Source: an uncultured Actinomycetes bacterium
Lineage (GTDB): Bacteria; Actinomycetota; Thermoleophilia; RBG-16-64-13
Assembly (NCBI GenBank): GCA_963841735.1
Contig: CAWJDT010000001.1
Span: 864,001-928,000, forward strand
Direction of reading: 5' to 3'
DNA: 64,000 nucleotides
The position numbers and the translations under genes were made by a program. Every line of letters begins with the position of its first letter. Positions within the stretch are counted from its first letter, which is position 1. Below the pieces are notes generated by a model. The model saw only the letters and a program-made list of their open reading frames with translations. It ran no database searches and was not told where the DNA came from. Of the stretch, positions 45,329 to 55,757 are shown one piece after another.

Positions 45329-46789
45329 ATGGGTAGCCCCGGCCTCCCGACACCCCAAGGATCCCCGCTGGCCCGGCTCCGCGAGCCTGAGCCGTGGTTG
45401 TGGGCGCTGGCAGCTCTGGGTGCTGCCGTTGGAGGGGTTGCCGCCACCCGCATCTCGAGCGGGCTCGTTGCCGGTTTCTTTGTGGTGGCGCTTGTGGTGG
45501 TCGTCTTCCTGTGGCGGTCCCAGGATCCCATGGTGCCCCTGCTACTGCTTGTGGCGGCCATGCAGGGTGGAGTCCTTCTGCAGCTATCTCTCGGGGGCGC
45601 CCCGGTTTCCACGCTCATGCCCTTTTTGGGGGGATGGACTCTGTTGGCGGTGCTGATCGATCAGCGGTCGGCTGTGCGCTCTCTCCCGGTTTCGCGCCAT
45701 GGAAGGTGGTTGGTGCCTTCTCTCGTCGCGCTCGGCGTAGTCGTAGTCCTGACCGGTCTTGCGCAAGTGTGGAGGTCGGGGGGGCGCACGCTTGGGCCCG
45801 TAGAGATCCTCACCCTCGTACAGCTTGGCGTGTTGGTCGTGTTGGCCGGCTATCTGCTCGGCACTCCAAAGAGAGTGATGCTGATGGCCTACGTGACGAT
45901 CGCCAGCGGAGCAGTGGTAGCGGTGGTCGCTTTGGCGGAGCAAGCCGGTCTGCTGACCTTCGGAACGGCGACCGCCGGAGCGGATTACACGCGAGCGTCA
46001 GGTCTTTTGGAGGACCCGAACTACTTCTCCCTCCAGCTACTCATCGCCCTGGCCTTCGCCATCCACATAGCGGTAGCCGCGAAGTCGAACCTGCGGAGAG
46101 TGGTCATGTGGTTGGCATGCGCTCTCATCACGGCGGGCATAGTAAGTACCTACTCGGCGGGAGCCTTGGTTGGGGTGGCAGCCTTGGCCGGCACCACGGT
46201 CGTGCTCCAGTACAAGGCGTCCGCCCAGCGTGCCCTCGTTGCTCTGGCAATCATGGCAACTGTGGCGGGTGTGGTGGCGGTCACGGCCCCGGCCGAATAC
46301 GGGGAGGCAATAGGGGCGAAGTTCAGTGGGTTGGCCGGATCATCGTTCGAGAATATTGGGACCAAACGAGGCGCGGCCTGGCAGGCTGGTGTGGCCGAGG
46401 TAGTGCATAACCCTGTCTTGGGAACCGGCCTCAGTTCCGAGAACGAAGCGATAGCCATTGCTGAGTACTACACTCTGTACACCACGGACCGCAAGGCGGC
46501 GCACAACATGTACATCGCCATGGCTGTGACGACCGGGGTGTTCGGGCTTGCCGCGCTCCTGGTGATTCTGGGGTCGTGCTTTTCGGTCTTGTGGTCGGCA
46601 CATTCGCGGGCGGCGGAGTCGGGTGATTCGGAGGCAGCTGTTGCCGCCGCGGGTGTGCTCACCGCTCTGGTTGTGATTGCGACACAAGGTCTTCAGCTCG
46701 ATACGCAGTTGGTCAAGTACACGTGGCTGATCATCGGAGCGTGTATCGGTGTTCGGCGCTGGAATATGGGCAAGGCTGCTGAGAGATGA
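45329..46789 (+). CDS. O-antigen ligase/Wzy-polymerase-like membrane protein
   Basis: More than 10 TM segments; 'RASGLLEDPN', 'TYS', 'NPVLGTG', 'AHNMY'. Confidence 0.82.
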   Translation: MGSPGLPTPQGSPLARLREPEPWLWALAALGAAVGGVAATRISSGLVAGFFVVALVVVVFLWRSQDPMVPLLLLVAAMQGGVLLQLSLGGAPVSTLMPFLGGWTLLAVLIDQRSAVRSLPVSRHGRWLVPSLVALGVVVVLTGLAQVWRSGGRTLGPVEILTLVQLGVLVVLAGYLLGTPKRVMLMAYVTIASGAVVAVVALAEQAGLLTFGTATAGADYTRASGLLEDPNYFSLQLLIALAFAIHIAVAAKSNLRRVVMWLACALITAGIVSTYSAGALVGVAALAGTTVVLQYKASAQRALVALAIMATVAGVVAVTAPAEYGEAIGAKFSGLAGSSFENIGTKRGAAWQAGVAEVVHNPVLGTGLSSENEAIAIAEYYTLYTTDRKAAHNMYIAMAVTTGVFGLAALLVILGSCFSVLWSAHSRAAESGDSEAAVAAAGVLTALVVIATQGLQLDTQLVKYTWLIIGACIGVRRWNMGKAAER

Positions 46790-47961
46790 GTCAAGACCGA
46801 ATGCGCGCCGTGATAGTAGATCTTCTCTGCAACTCGCCCTTCTATGACGCGGCTCTTGTTGCTGCGCTTCGCCAAAACGGCGTCGAGGCTGAACTCGCCA
46901 GCCCCCAGTTCCACTTGGAACGAGACTACCTCGATCCATACCCGCGCTCTCCGTGGCTCGTTGACCTTGCGGTTCATCTCAACCGTCCTCGGGCGGTCAG
47001 ACTGGGGGCTCGAGCGGTCGAAATATCGGCCAACATCGCTCGCCTGTGTCACGCGATCAGGGCGGGAAGGTATCAGGTCGTCCACTTGGAATGGATACCC
47101 CTGGAGGACCGTCAGACCTTCTATATGCGGCTTCTCCGCAGGGCGTGCGACCGGGCGGGAGTGCCGCTTGTTCTTACGGTTCACAACGTGTTGCCTCATG
47201 ACTCACCGGCCGCCAGCCGGGAGGTGATCCGTCGGAACCTCGATCTCGCCCATCTTGTGATTGTCCACACGGATCACGTGGCTCGCCAGCTGAAGGACCT
47301 TCTGGCAATTCAGGTGCCGATCACGGTCGTGCCCCACGGAGTGATGTTTACCGACACGGATCTGTCGAGCAAAGAGAACGCCATGAGGGATCTGCAACTC
47401 AGGGGCGACCCCGTGGTGCTTTTCGCCGGGTCGGTGAGACCGTATAAGGGTGTCGATCTGCTGACGGAGGCTTGGCCGTCTGTGCGCTCGGCGTTCCCTG
47501 ATGCCGCGCTCGTCGTCGCCGGGAGCGCGTCTGGCGAGGAAGCCCGGGCCCAACTCCACAGTCTTGCCAGACTGCCGGGGGTGCGGGTCACCGACGGATA
47601 CGTGCCCATGACGGTGATGCTCAACTACTACGCAGCGAGCGACTTGGTGGTGTTCCCGTATAGGTCGATTTGGCAATCCGGCGCCCTGATGGCGGCTGTG
47701 GGCTTAGGGAGACCTTGCGTGGTGACGCCTATCCCGGGCTTTGTGGAGCAGGCGGCGACGCTCAGGTCAGTCGCCTTCGCGGAAGCGGTGAGCAGCGCCG
47801 CGATTGCCCGAGCGACGATCTCCGCGCTACAGGATCGGGCCGGTCTCTTGGCTGTTGCCGCCGAAGATCGCCGCCGGGTCGTCGAGTCGCCCCTGGGTTG
47901 GTCGAGTGTCGGGCGCGTGACCACGCTGGCGTACGAGAGAGCTATCGCCGGTCCAAGATAG
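46786..47961 (+). CDS. Glycosyltransferase family 4
   Basis: 'TVHNVLPHD', 'GSVRPYKG', 'VVFPYRSIWQSG'. Confidence 0.85.
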   Translation: MSQDRMRAVIVDLLCNSPFYDAALVAALRQNGVEAELASPQFHLERDYLDPYPRSPWLVDLAVHLNRPRAVRLGARAVEISANIARLCHAIRAGRYQVVHLEWIPLEDRQTFYMRLLRRACDRAGVPLVLTVHNVLPHDSPAASREVIRRNLDLAHLVIVHTDHVARQLKDLLAIQVPITVVPHGVMFTDTDLSSKENAMRDLQLRGDPVVLFAGSVRPYKGVDLLTEAWPSVRSAFPDAALVVAGSASGEEARAQLHSLARLPGVRVTDGYVPMTVMLNYYAASDLVVFPYRSIWQSGALMAAVGLGRPCVVTPIPGFVEQAATLRSVAFAEAVSSAAIARATISALQDRAGLLAVAAEDRRRVVESPLGWSSVGRVTTLAYERAIAGPR

Positions 47962-48061
47962 TCTGCATCCCGTAGCTTTCCCGCGGCTTTCCCGCGGCCG
48001 AGCGAAGGGTCCAAGCCCGGGAGCGGCCATCGCGCTTGCATCCCTCAAGTAATCCTCACAC

Positions 48062-48089
48062 TCAAGTAATCGCCGGTTTCTGTCGATTA
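48062..48089 (+). promoter_or_regulatory. Candidate sigma-28/WhiG-family promoter
   Basis: TCAA-N16-GTCGATTA against the consensus TAAA-N15/16-GCCGATAA, about 25 nt upstream of the riboswitch. Confidence 0.45.
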
Positions 48090-48114
48090 CTTATCCTGTA
48101 AGAAGAAACTAGCC

Positions 48115-48193
48115 ACTCACGAAAAGGCATACCCGTCGCGAGGCGGGGGCGCAAAGCCACGGGACTCATGTTGAGTCAGCCGGGTTGCTGAGT
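48115..48193 (+). ncRNA. Cyclic di-GMP-I (GEMM-I) riboswitch aptamer
   Basis: ACTCA/TGAGT P1-like pairing; GGCA-TA-CCCGTC-GCGA-GGCGGG-GGCGC-AAAGCC P2 with GNRA loop; P3 GACTCA/TGAGTC followed by AGCCGGGTTGC. Matches the GEMM-I architecture, with G at the position-20 equivalent (48126). Confidence 0.88.
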
Positions 48194-48255
48194 CTCCGGT
48201 ACCAGCCGTTGGGCGCTGCCTTTTCTGATGGGCTCCCAGCACTGGAGACGAGGCT

Positions 48256-49926
48256 GTGGGTACGAAGAAGAACAGGGCAAGAGCGCGACGCATTCTCCGC
48301 GGGGCAGCGCTACTGGTTTCGCTGGCAATCATTCTGACGATTCTTATCATTCCCCCCGCCGGGGCTCAGGCAGCCTCAAGCTCCCAGACACCAGGGTGGA
48401 CGTCGTGGTGGGCGGCATCGAATACGACCGTGGCCGCGGCTCTGGAAGGGGCGACGCGCTACCAGGATACGAATGCAGGCCTCATCTTTAGTGGGCCTTG
48501 GCGGCTTCTAAAAGGGGCGGAAAACTCAGGGGGGGCCATCAAGTACGCTTGGACGCCCGGCGCCTCGGTGACCATTGGCTTCAACGGCACGAGTCTCACT
48601 TGGGTGGCCAAGACCGGTCCCATCTACGGCAAGGCCCGGGTATCGGTTGACGGAGGCGCTTTCGTGTCCGTCGATCTGTACAACGTGAGGACACGCAGCC
48701 AGCGCCCGGTCTACAGCACGGGAACCTTGGCCGACGGGCTACACACTGTGCGGATCGAGTGGACGGGGCAGAAGAACTTCATGGCGAAGGGCAGCTCCGT
48801 GAACATCGACGCGCTCTATGTGAAGGGCTCACTTGCCAATACGGAGACTGTCGAAGCGATCAAGGCCCTTAGGACCTTCAAGGCTCGGCGGCCCGTCACG
48901 GCTACCACCACCAGGCCCACCACGACCACGACGACTCCGGTCATCACGGTTACGACGATGGCTCCTGTGACTACGACTGCGCTGGCCCCCACGACCACCG
49001 TGCCGGCCCCTGCAACCACGACCACCGTGACTGCCCCTACAACCACGACCACCGTGCCGGCCCCCACAACCACTGTGCCGGCCCCCACAACCACTGTGCC
49101 GGCCCCCACAACCACTGTGCCGGCCCCTACGACCACAACGGTCCCAGCCGCAGTCAGGGCAACCTTTAACCTCCAGGCTGCCATAGACGCCGCCGCACCG
49201 GGTGCCACCATCACCATCCCGGCGGGTACCCACACCGGTCCCTTCCAGATCGCGCACAAGACCGGGCTCACCTTGCGGGGATCGGCAGAAGCGGTTTTGA
49301 AGGCCACCAATGCGGACGTTCTTGCCATCATCGACTCGGCGGATATTACGCTCGACGGTTTCACGATAGTGGGCAACTACTCCCTGCGTGGACAGAAGGG
49401 CGTGTTAGTGGCCGGTCTGACCGGCGGAGTCTTCCGGAACCTTACAATTCGTGATGTCGGCAACTCCGGTATCTACGCAAACGGGGTGTTCACCAACATC
49501 GTGATCTCCGGGTGCAATATCACTCACTGTGGTGATTTCGGCATCCACTTCCAAGCCGGAGGCGACGGTGTGCTTATGGAGAACTGCATCCTTTCCGATT
49601 TCGCCTCCGTGCTCTATCCCGGTCATGGTATTTATGCTAAGAACTCCAAGAACGTGACCATCAGGAACTGCGAGACCTCCGGCGTCAAACACCTGACCGC
49701 CAACGGCGACGGTGGCATTCAGATCACCAATTGCACGAACGCCCAGGTCATCGACTGCTCCGCCTACGGCAACGAGAAGTACGGATTCATCGTCGATGGA
49801 GGAGTAGCGACGTTCATCCGCTGCCAGGGGCAGAACAACGGTGTGACGGATTTCTACGAGTGTGGCTGTGCTACCCCGTCGACTTACACCGGTTGCACCG
49901 GGTCAATCAGCCGCTACCCAGGTTGA
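48256..49926 (+). CDS. Secreted protein: jelly-roll/CBM-like domain, Thr/Pro linker, right-handed beta-helix (pectate-lyase-like)
   Basis: Signal peptide; 'FNGTSLTWV...GP.YG.A.VSVDG...VDLY'; long T/P linker; 'LQAAIDAA...IPAGTH' followed by parallel beta-helix repeats. Confidence 0.82.
   Translation: MGTKKNRARARRILRGAALLVSLAIILTILIIPPAGAQAASSSQTPGWTSWWAASNTTVAAALEGATRYQDTNAGLIFSGPWRLLKGAENSGGAIKYAWTPGASVTIGFNGTSLTWVAKTGPIYGKARVSVDGGAFVSVDLYNVRTRSQRPVYSTGTLADGLHTVRIEWTGQKNFMAKGSSVNIDALYVKGSLANTETVEAIKALRTFKARRPVTATTTRPTTTTTTPVITVTTMAPVTTTALAPTTTVPAPATTTTVTAPTTTTTVPAPTTTVPAPTTTVPAPTTTVPAPTTTTVPAAVRATFNLQAAIDAAAPGATITIPAGTHTGPFQIAHKTGLTLRGSAEAVLKATNADVLAIIDSADITLDGFTIVGNYSLRGQKGVLVAGLTGGVFRNLTIRDVGNSGIYANGVFTNIVISGCNITHCGDFGIHFQAGGDGVLMENCILSDFASVLYPGHGIYAKNSKNVTIRNCETSGVKHLTANGDGGIQITNCTNAQVIDCSAYGNEKYGFIVDGGVATFIRCQGQNNGVTDFYECGCATPSTYTGCTGSISRYPG
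49054..49127 (+). repeat. In-frame 21-bp tandem repeat (VPAPTTT)
   Basis: GTGCCGGCCCCCACAACCACT occurs exactly at 49054, 49075 and 49096, with a partial copy at 49117. Confidence 0.9.
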
Positions 49927-50094
49927 GCTATTGCGTCCCGACCATCTAGTCGGTCGAGAAACCGTCCCCAACCGTCCCCCTTCGGAAGCAGAGTGCCGGA
50001 GGGGGACTTTCCTTTACAATAGAAGGCCAAGCATTCGGGAGCGGGGCCATCCTATTGGGAGGGACATGCACCGGCCGGCACTCACCACTGCACG

Positions 50095-51240
50095 ATGAAG
50101 GTTGCCATCCTCACCGAGAGCCTCGCTTTCGGGGGCGTCAATCGCTACTGCCTCACTCTGGCAAAGGGTCTTGAGGCATATCCCCAAGTGGAGACCGAGG
50201 TGCTGGCGCTTCCGAGTTCGGGTGATGACTGGCTGCTTCGAGAAGCCGGCAAGTTGGACGTGCGCGTGGAGGTGCTCGGCGAAGTGCCGGTGCGCGCTCT
50301 CCGTAGAATCGTGTCTGAGCGCGGGTTTGACGTCGTCCACACAAACGGCTATCGCTCGAATACGCTCACTCGGCTGGCGCTTTGCTGTGGAGCGCCGGCT
50401 GTGAAGAGCATATGTACCGTGCATGGGGCGCACTATTTCACCTCCGCGGCCTGGCGTTCAAGGGGCTACTACGCGCTTGACTACCTGACCATGTTCCGTA
50501 CCGACCGGGTGATCGCTGTATCGGCGGCCACGGCGGGCCGGGTCTCGCGGTGGGTGAGAGCAAATCGTCTAGTTGTGATCCACAACGGAACCAGCATTGC
50601 CACCTCAGCCGGGGCTCCGGATAGAGTTGCCCAAAGAGAGGCTCTGGGGATATCCGCCAGTGCCAAAGTCGTCTGTTTCGTGGGGCGGTTTGACCCTCAG
50701 AAGGGCATGGACGCGCTAACCCAGACCATGGCCGCTGTGTTGGCCGGTTCCGAGGACGTGGTGTTCCTGCTGGTCGGAGATGGCCGGTCCAGGGCCCAGG
50801 TGGAGGCCGCCGCGCTGGGATTCGGGGCGCGAGTAGTCATGACCGGCTCGCAGCGGGACGTCGAACCCTACTTCGTGGCGTCCGACATGGTGTTCTTCCC
50901 CTCCAGCTCAGAAGGGCTCCCCTTGGCTCTGCTGGAGGCTTTTGCCCACGGTCTTCCCGCGGTGGCAAGCAACGTGGGTGGGATTCCGGAGGTCATAGTC
51001 GAAGGTCACAACGGCTTCTTGTGCGGTCGGCACGATACGGACACGATGACCCGACGGATCATGCAACTCGCTCACGATGATGAGCTTCGCACGCGGATGG
51101 GTGCCAACGCCCGCGACACCGTGGCTGCCGGCTTCACCATCTCCGGCATGGTGGAGGCTACCCACAGGGCTTATCTAGCGCTGCTGGGAGAGAGCGACTC
51201 CGGCTTGGCGCAGGCGGGTTCGCCTCACAGAGGAGCATGA
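50095..51240 (+). CDS. Glycosyltransferase family 4
   Basis: 'FGGV', 'VGRFDPQKG', 'SEGLPLALLEAF', 'SNVGGIPEV'. Confidence 0.9.
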   Translation: MKVAILTESLAFGGVNRYCLTLAKGLEAYPQVETEVLALPSSGDDWLLREAGKLDVRVEVLGEVPVRALRRIVSERGFDVVHTNGYRSNTLTRLALCCGAPAVKSICTVHGAHYFTSAAWRSRGYYALDYLTMFRTDRVIAVSAATAGRVSRWVRANRLVVIHNGTSIATSAGAPDRVAQREALGISASAKVVCFVGRFDPQKGMDALTQTMAAVLAGSEDVVFLLVGDGRSRAQVEAAALGFGARVVMTGSQRDVEPYFVASDMVFFPSSSEGLPLALLEAFAHGLPAVASNVGGIPEVIVEGHNGFLCGRHDTDTMTRRIMQLAHDDELRTRMGANARDTVAAGFTISGMVEATHRAYLALLGESDSGLAQAGSPHRGA

Positions 51241-51276
51241 TAGGCGTCAGCCCAGTGTCGCGCTTCTCGCGCGGTG

Positions 51277-52335
51277 TCAGTGCCGGAAGTCTTGCTCAAG
51301 CAGGTTGAGTATCTGACCTACTCTCACACCCATGGTGTGGTCTCGCATCACCCTCCGTCTCCCGGCCTCGGCTATCGTCTTAGCGGCAGAGGGATTGCGC
51401 AGGTAGAAAGAGATCTTCTCCGCGGCCTCGACGGGAGTCGCAAAAGACTCGACCTCTTTGCCCACCTCGAAGCACCGAGCCAGGGCCTCGTTGGACTGGC
51501 ACAAAAGGAAAGCTCCGCTGCAGAGGGTCTCGAACGTCCGTGGGTTCAGGCTGTCGACGGACTGAGGATGAAGGATGTTCATGCAGATCCTGGTCTCGTT
51601 GTTCAAGCGGTTGATCTGGTCATGGGTCCAGTTGGAGCCGTGATGTAGGTGTCGCGCCAGGAGGGGGTAGGGGGACAGGTGCCGTGCCGCCCGTAGAGGA
51701 CGGACGTATGAGCGGAAAGAACCCACGAAGTGGCCTTGCAGCGGCAGGTCGGACGGCAGCTCTCGCAGGATCGACTCGAGAAGCGCCAGGCGGTTGTCGT
51801 AGAGAGCCCCGACAAGGGAAACGTCCCAACGGGCCTTGATGTTGTCGAGGGGTCTGTACCAGTAGGGATCGGCCGCCATAGCGACGTGGTGGCAGGGTAC
51901 GTCAAGGGGCGCCAGCGCAGACGAGTCGGTTCCCTCGAAGAAGAGGATGGAGTTCACCATGCCGGCCCTCTCCATACCTTGTCCGACCCTGTGGACGCTG
52001 TCCATGAGCCAGAGGACCTTAGGGCAATCTACGCTTTCCAGCAGGGCCGCGTACTGGGCAAGAGGGATCGCGTCGGCCTTCACCAGGACGAGCAGCTGGG
52101 CGGTCTTGCAGGCTTCGCGTGTGCGCTCAATGGCCGTTTCGATCAATCGCGATCGCAACGCGGTCAGGCCTACGCGGGGCAGAAAATCCCACGCCATCAA
52201 CTGTTGCAGACCCAGCGGCGGTTCGGGATAGGCAAAGGAAGTAGCCTTCACGCCGTTCTCCTCGAACGCCCTGGCTACGCAATCGAGGTATGACCGGAAC
52301 CATGGGCCCAGGATCACCACAGAGTCGAGCTTCAA
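51277..52335 (-). CDS. CgeB-family glycosyltransferase-like protein
   Basis: 'LWLMDS', 'MAADP', 'VGALYDNR', 'LNPRTFE', 'IAEAGRRRV..DHT'. TTG start at 52335 overlaps the rfbB stop; the ORF extends to 52389. Confidence 0.75.
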   Translation of the reverse strand: MKLDSVVILGPWFRSYLDCVARAFEENGVKATSFAYPEPPLGLQQLMAWDFLPRVGLTALRSRLIETAIERTREACKTAQLLVLVKADAIPLAQYAALLESVDCPKVLWLMDSVHRVGQGMERAGMVNSILFFEGTDSSALAPLDVPCHHVAMAADPYWYRPLDNIKARWDVSLVGALYDNRLALLESILRELPSDLPLQGHFVGSFRSYVRPLRAARHLSPYPLLARHLHHGSNWTHDQINRLNNETRICMNILHPQSVDSLNPRTFETLCSGAFLLCQSNEALARCFEVGKEVESFATPVEAAEKISFYLRNPSAAKTIAEAGRRRVMRDHTMGVRVGQILNLLEQDFRH

Positions 52336-53363
52336 AAGGCAGCCTCGGGTCTCAGTCTGCGCCACCAGGAATCGTTTTGGCCGTACCACGCCACGGTCTC
52401 TTCCAGCGCGGGCCGGAAGTCGCGCTCCGGATGCCAGCCAAGGGCCCCGATCTTCGCTGTGGCTACTGAATAGCGGCGGTCATGCCCGAGGCGGTCGGTG
52501 ACATACTCGACCATCTCCTCGCCGGCGCCTAGGACATCGAGGATGGCCTGGGTGATCGTGCGATTGTCGATTTCGTTGCCCGCGCCCACGTTGTAGACCT
52601 GGCCGATCTCGCCCCGGCATAGGATGGTTTCGAGCGCTCGGCAGTTGTCCAGCACGTAGAGCCAGTCGCGCACATTGCCCCCATCGCCGTAGAGAGGCAC
52701 TCTCTTATTTTGCAGCAGGTTGGTGACGAAGAGGGGTATCAGCTTCTCCGGATGCTGATAGGGACCGAAGTTGTTGGTGCTCCGAGTGACGATGACGGGT
52801 AGCCCGTGGGTGGTGTAGTAGGAGAGGGCGAGTAGGTCGCCCGCGGCCTTGCTGGCGGAGTATGGGCTGGAAGGTGACAGGGGATCAGCCTCAGAGAACG
52901 AGCCCGCCGGCGTGGAGCCGTAGACTTCATCGGTCGATACGTGGATGAACCGTGCGAGACCGGTTCGCCTCGCTTCCTCGAGCAGGACGTATGTGCCCAA
53001 GACGTTGGTGGTGACAAAGTCGTCCGCGCACGCGATGGAACGGTCCACATGGCTTTCAGCGGCGAAATGAACAACGGAGTCGCACCCGTCCATGGCCTTG
53101 CGCACGGCTTCGACATCGCGGATGTCACCGCGCAAGAAGTGGTATCTACCGGGGTACTCCCGCTCCACATCGGCGAGATTCTCAGGGTTGCCGCAGTAGG
53201 TAAGAACGTCTAGGTTGACGATCTCGGTATCGAGAGAGGTCTGCAGGATGTGGCGGACGAAGTTGCTGCCGATGAAGCCGCACCCGCCGGTGACCAGCAG
53301 CATCCTAGGCGCAAAAAGGGGCGAAGGTTTGGCCGCCTGGGCCGGATTCTCGGCGGGCTCCAT
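52332..53363 (-). CDS. rfbB: dTDP-glucose 4,6-dehydratase
   Basis: 'TGGCGFIGSNF', 'FAAESHVDRSI', 'STDEVYG', 'YSASK', 'RLGHDRRY'. Confidence 0.95.
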   Translation of the reverse strand: MEPAENPAQAAKPSPLFAPRMLLVTGGCGFIGSNFVRHILQTSLDTEIVNLDVLTYCGNPENLADVEREYPGRYHFLRGDIRDVEAVRKAMDGCDSVVHFAAESHVDRSIACADDFVTTNVLGTYVLLEEARRTGLARFIHVSTDEVYGSTPAGSFSEADPLSPSSPYSASKAAGDLLALSYYTTHGLPVIVTRSTNNFGPYQHPEKLIPLFVTNLLQNKRVPLYGDGGNVRDWLYVLDNCRALETILCRGEIGQVYNVGAGNEIDNRTITQAILDVLGAGEEMVEYVTDRLGHDRRYSVATAKIGALGWHPERDFRPALEETVAWYGQNDSWWRRLRPEAAF

Positions 53364-53910
53364 CAGCCGTCTCTCCTATTCCAACTGTAGGGGATCTGGT
53401 CGGAGTCGGGCGGAAGTCGGAACTCGTCAGGGTTCTCCCGGCGATAGGGACGGTTTGGCACGTTGATCACCATGCCCTCGTGTTCCGATACGCAGCGCCA
53501 GCCGTGGTAGACACCGGGGGGGATCTGCACCACCAAGGGCCGGTGGATGCCCATGTAGATCTCCTGGATGACCCCGTTGGTGGGCGAAGTCGGCCGTGCG
53601 TCGAACAGGGCCAGCCGGAACATCCCGGCTACGGCGCACATGTTGTCGGTCTGTTCCCTGTGCATGTGCCAGGCCTTCACGACGCCCGGGTAGGTGGTGG
53701 TCATATAGACCTGTCCAAAGGCGACGAACATCTCCTCGTCCGACCTTAGAATCTCCATGAGGCGGCCGCGGTCGTCAGGGATGGCCACTAGGGGCTTGGT
53801 CTTAACGCCCTCGATCTGGCCCCGACCCGACTCCAGCCATTTCTGGGGTACAGCGTCAGATGCCGGCGGCTCAGCCTGCGCGCTCTGCTCCTTGCCCGGA
53901 TTCTTGTCAC

Positions 53911-53914
<4 letters not shown>
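53363..53914 (-). CDS. rfbC: dTDP-4-dehydrorhamnose 3,5-epimerase family protein
   Basis: 'DDRGRLMEI', '[10 protein letters not shown]', 'DARPTSPT', 'IPPGVYHG'; located between rfbA and rfbB. Confidence 0.85.
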
Positions 53915-54797
<883 letters not shown>

Positions 54798-54801
<4 letters not shown>

Positions 54802-55757
54802 GAGGGGTCTGGCTGCCTTTCGGGAGTCGGTTCACTCGGTCTGCCGACGCTCCGCTGAGCACCGTTGGGTTCTTCGCCCATTAGTTCAACGAGGTAGCGG
54901 CGCAGTCCTTCCGGCCACGGCGGCAGGCTGACCCCGAGTTCCGCGGCCCGGGTGCAATCGAGACAACTCATCCGAGGTCTGGGGGCAGCCGTGGGAAACT
55001 CCGCCAAATTCGCCGCTTCGACAACCACATCAATGCCCGCCTGCGCCAGCACCTCCCGCGTAAGCTCCAGCCGGCTGGCGCAGCCACTGCCGGCCAGGTG
55101 ATAGATGCCCTGGGCATCCGCGTCGATGAGCGCCAGGATCCCTTTCGCCAAGGACGGGGCGTACGTGGGTGCCCCCCACTGGTCGCTGACAACGCGTATG
55201 CGGTTGGAGCGGTCGGCCCAGCGCAGAACCTTGCTCGGGAAACTGCCCGTCGTCGGCGCTCCCATCCCGAAAAGCCAGGAAGTGCGGATCACCAGCGCCA
55301 TGGGCAAGCGCGGCGCAGCCGCTAGAACGGCCTCCTCGCCCCAGAGTTTGGTGAGTCCGTAGTAGCTCAGGGGGCTCGGAGAGTCACTCTCTACGTAGGG
55401 CGCGTCGTTGGTGCCATCGAACACGTAGTCGGTGGACAAGTGGACTAGGCCTATCCGTCGCGCCGCGCAGGCCTCGGCCAGTACCGCCGGGCCTTCGGCG
55501 TTGGCGGCGCGGGCATATTCGTGATCGGTTTCGCAGCGGTCCACATCTGTGGCCGCGGCGCAGTTGATGACCAGCCGGGGTTTCATCTGCCCAAAGACCC
55601 TCGCCACCGCGAGTCTGTCGGAGATATCAAGCTTTGTGTGGTCGAGAGCCGCTCCCTGGGGTCCTAGGACGTGAGTCAAGGCTCGTCCCAGCATCCCTTG
55701 GCCGCCGGTTATGAGGACGGGGGTATCGGGCGCGTCCAGGCCCATCAGGCTTACCAT
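54798..55757 (-). CDS. rfbD: dTDP-4-dehydrorhamnose reductase
   Basis: 'TGGQGMLG', 'STDYVFDG', 'YGLTKLWGE', 'DQWGAPT'. Confidence 0.92.

Noticed and set aside
43647-46410. 432-aa antisense ORF and 338-aa alternative-frame ORF
   Set aside because: They overlap wzc copy 2 and the Wzy-like gene and have no recognisable motifs.
47976-47997. CTTTCCCGCGG tandem duplication after the GT4 stop
   Set aside because: Only two short copies; no supportable function.
49054-49127. Possible CRISPR-like array
   Set aside because: Contiguous in-frame coding repeats with no spacers and no cas genes.
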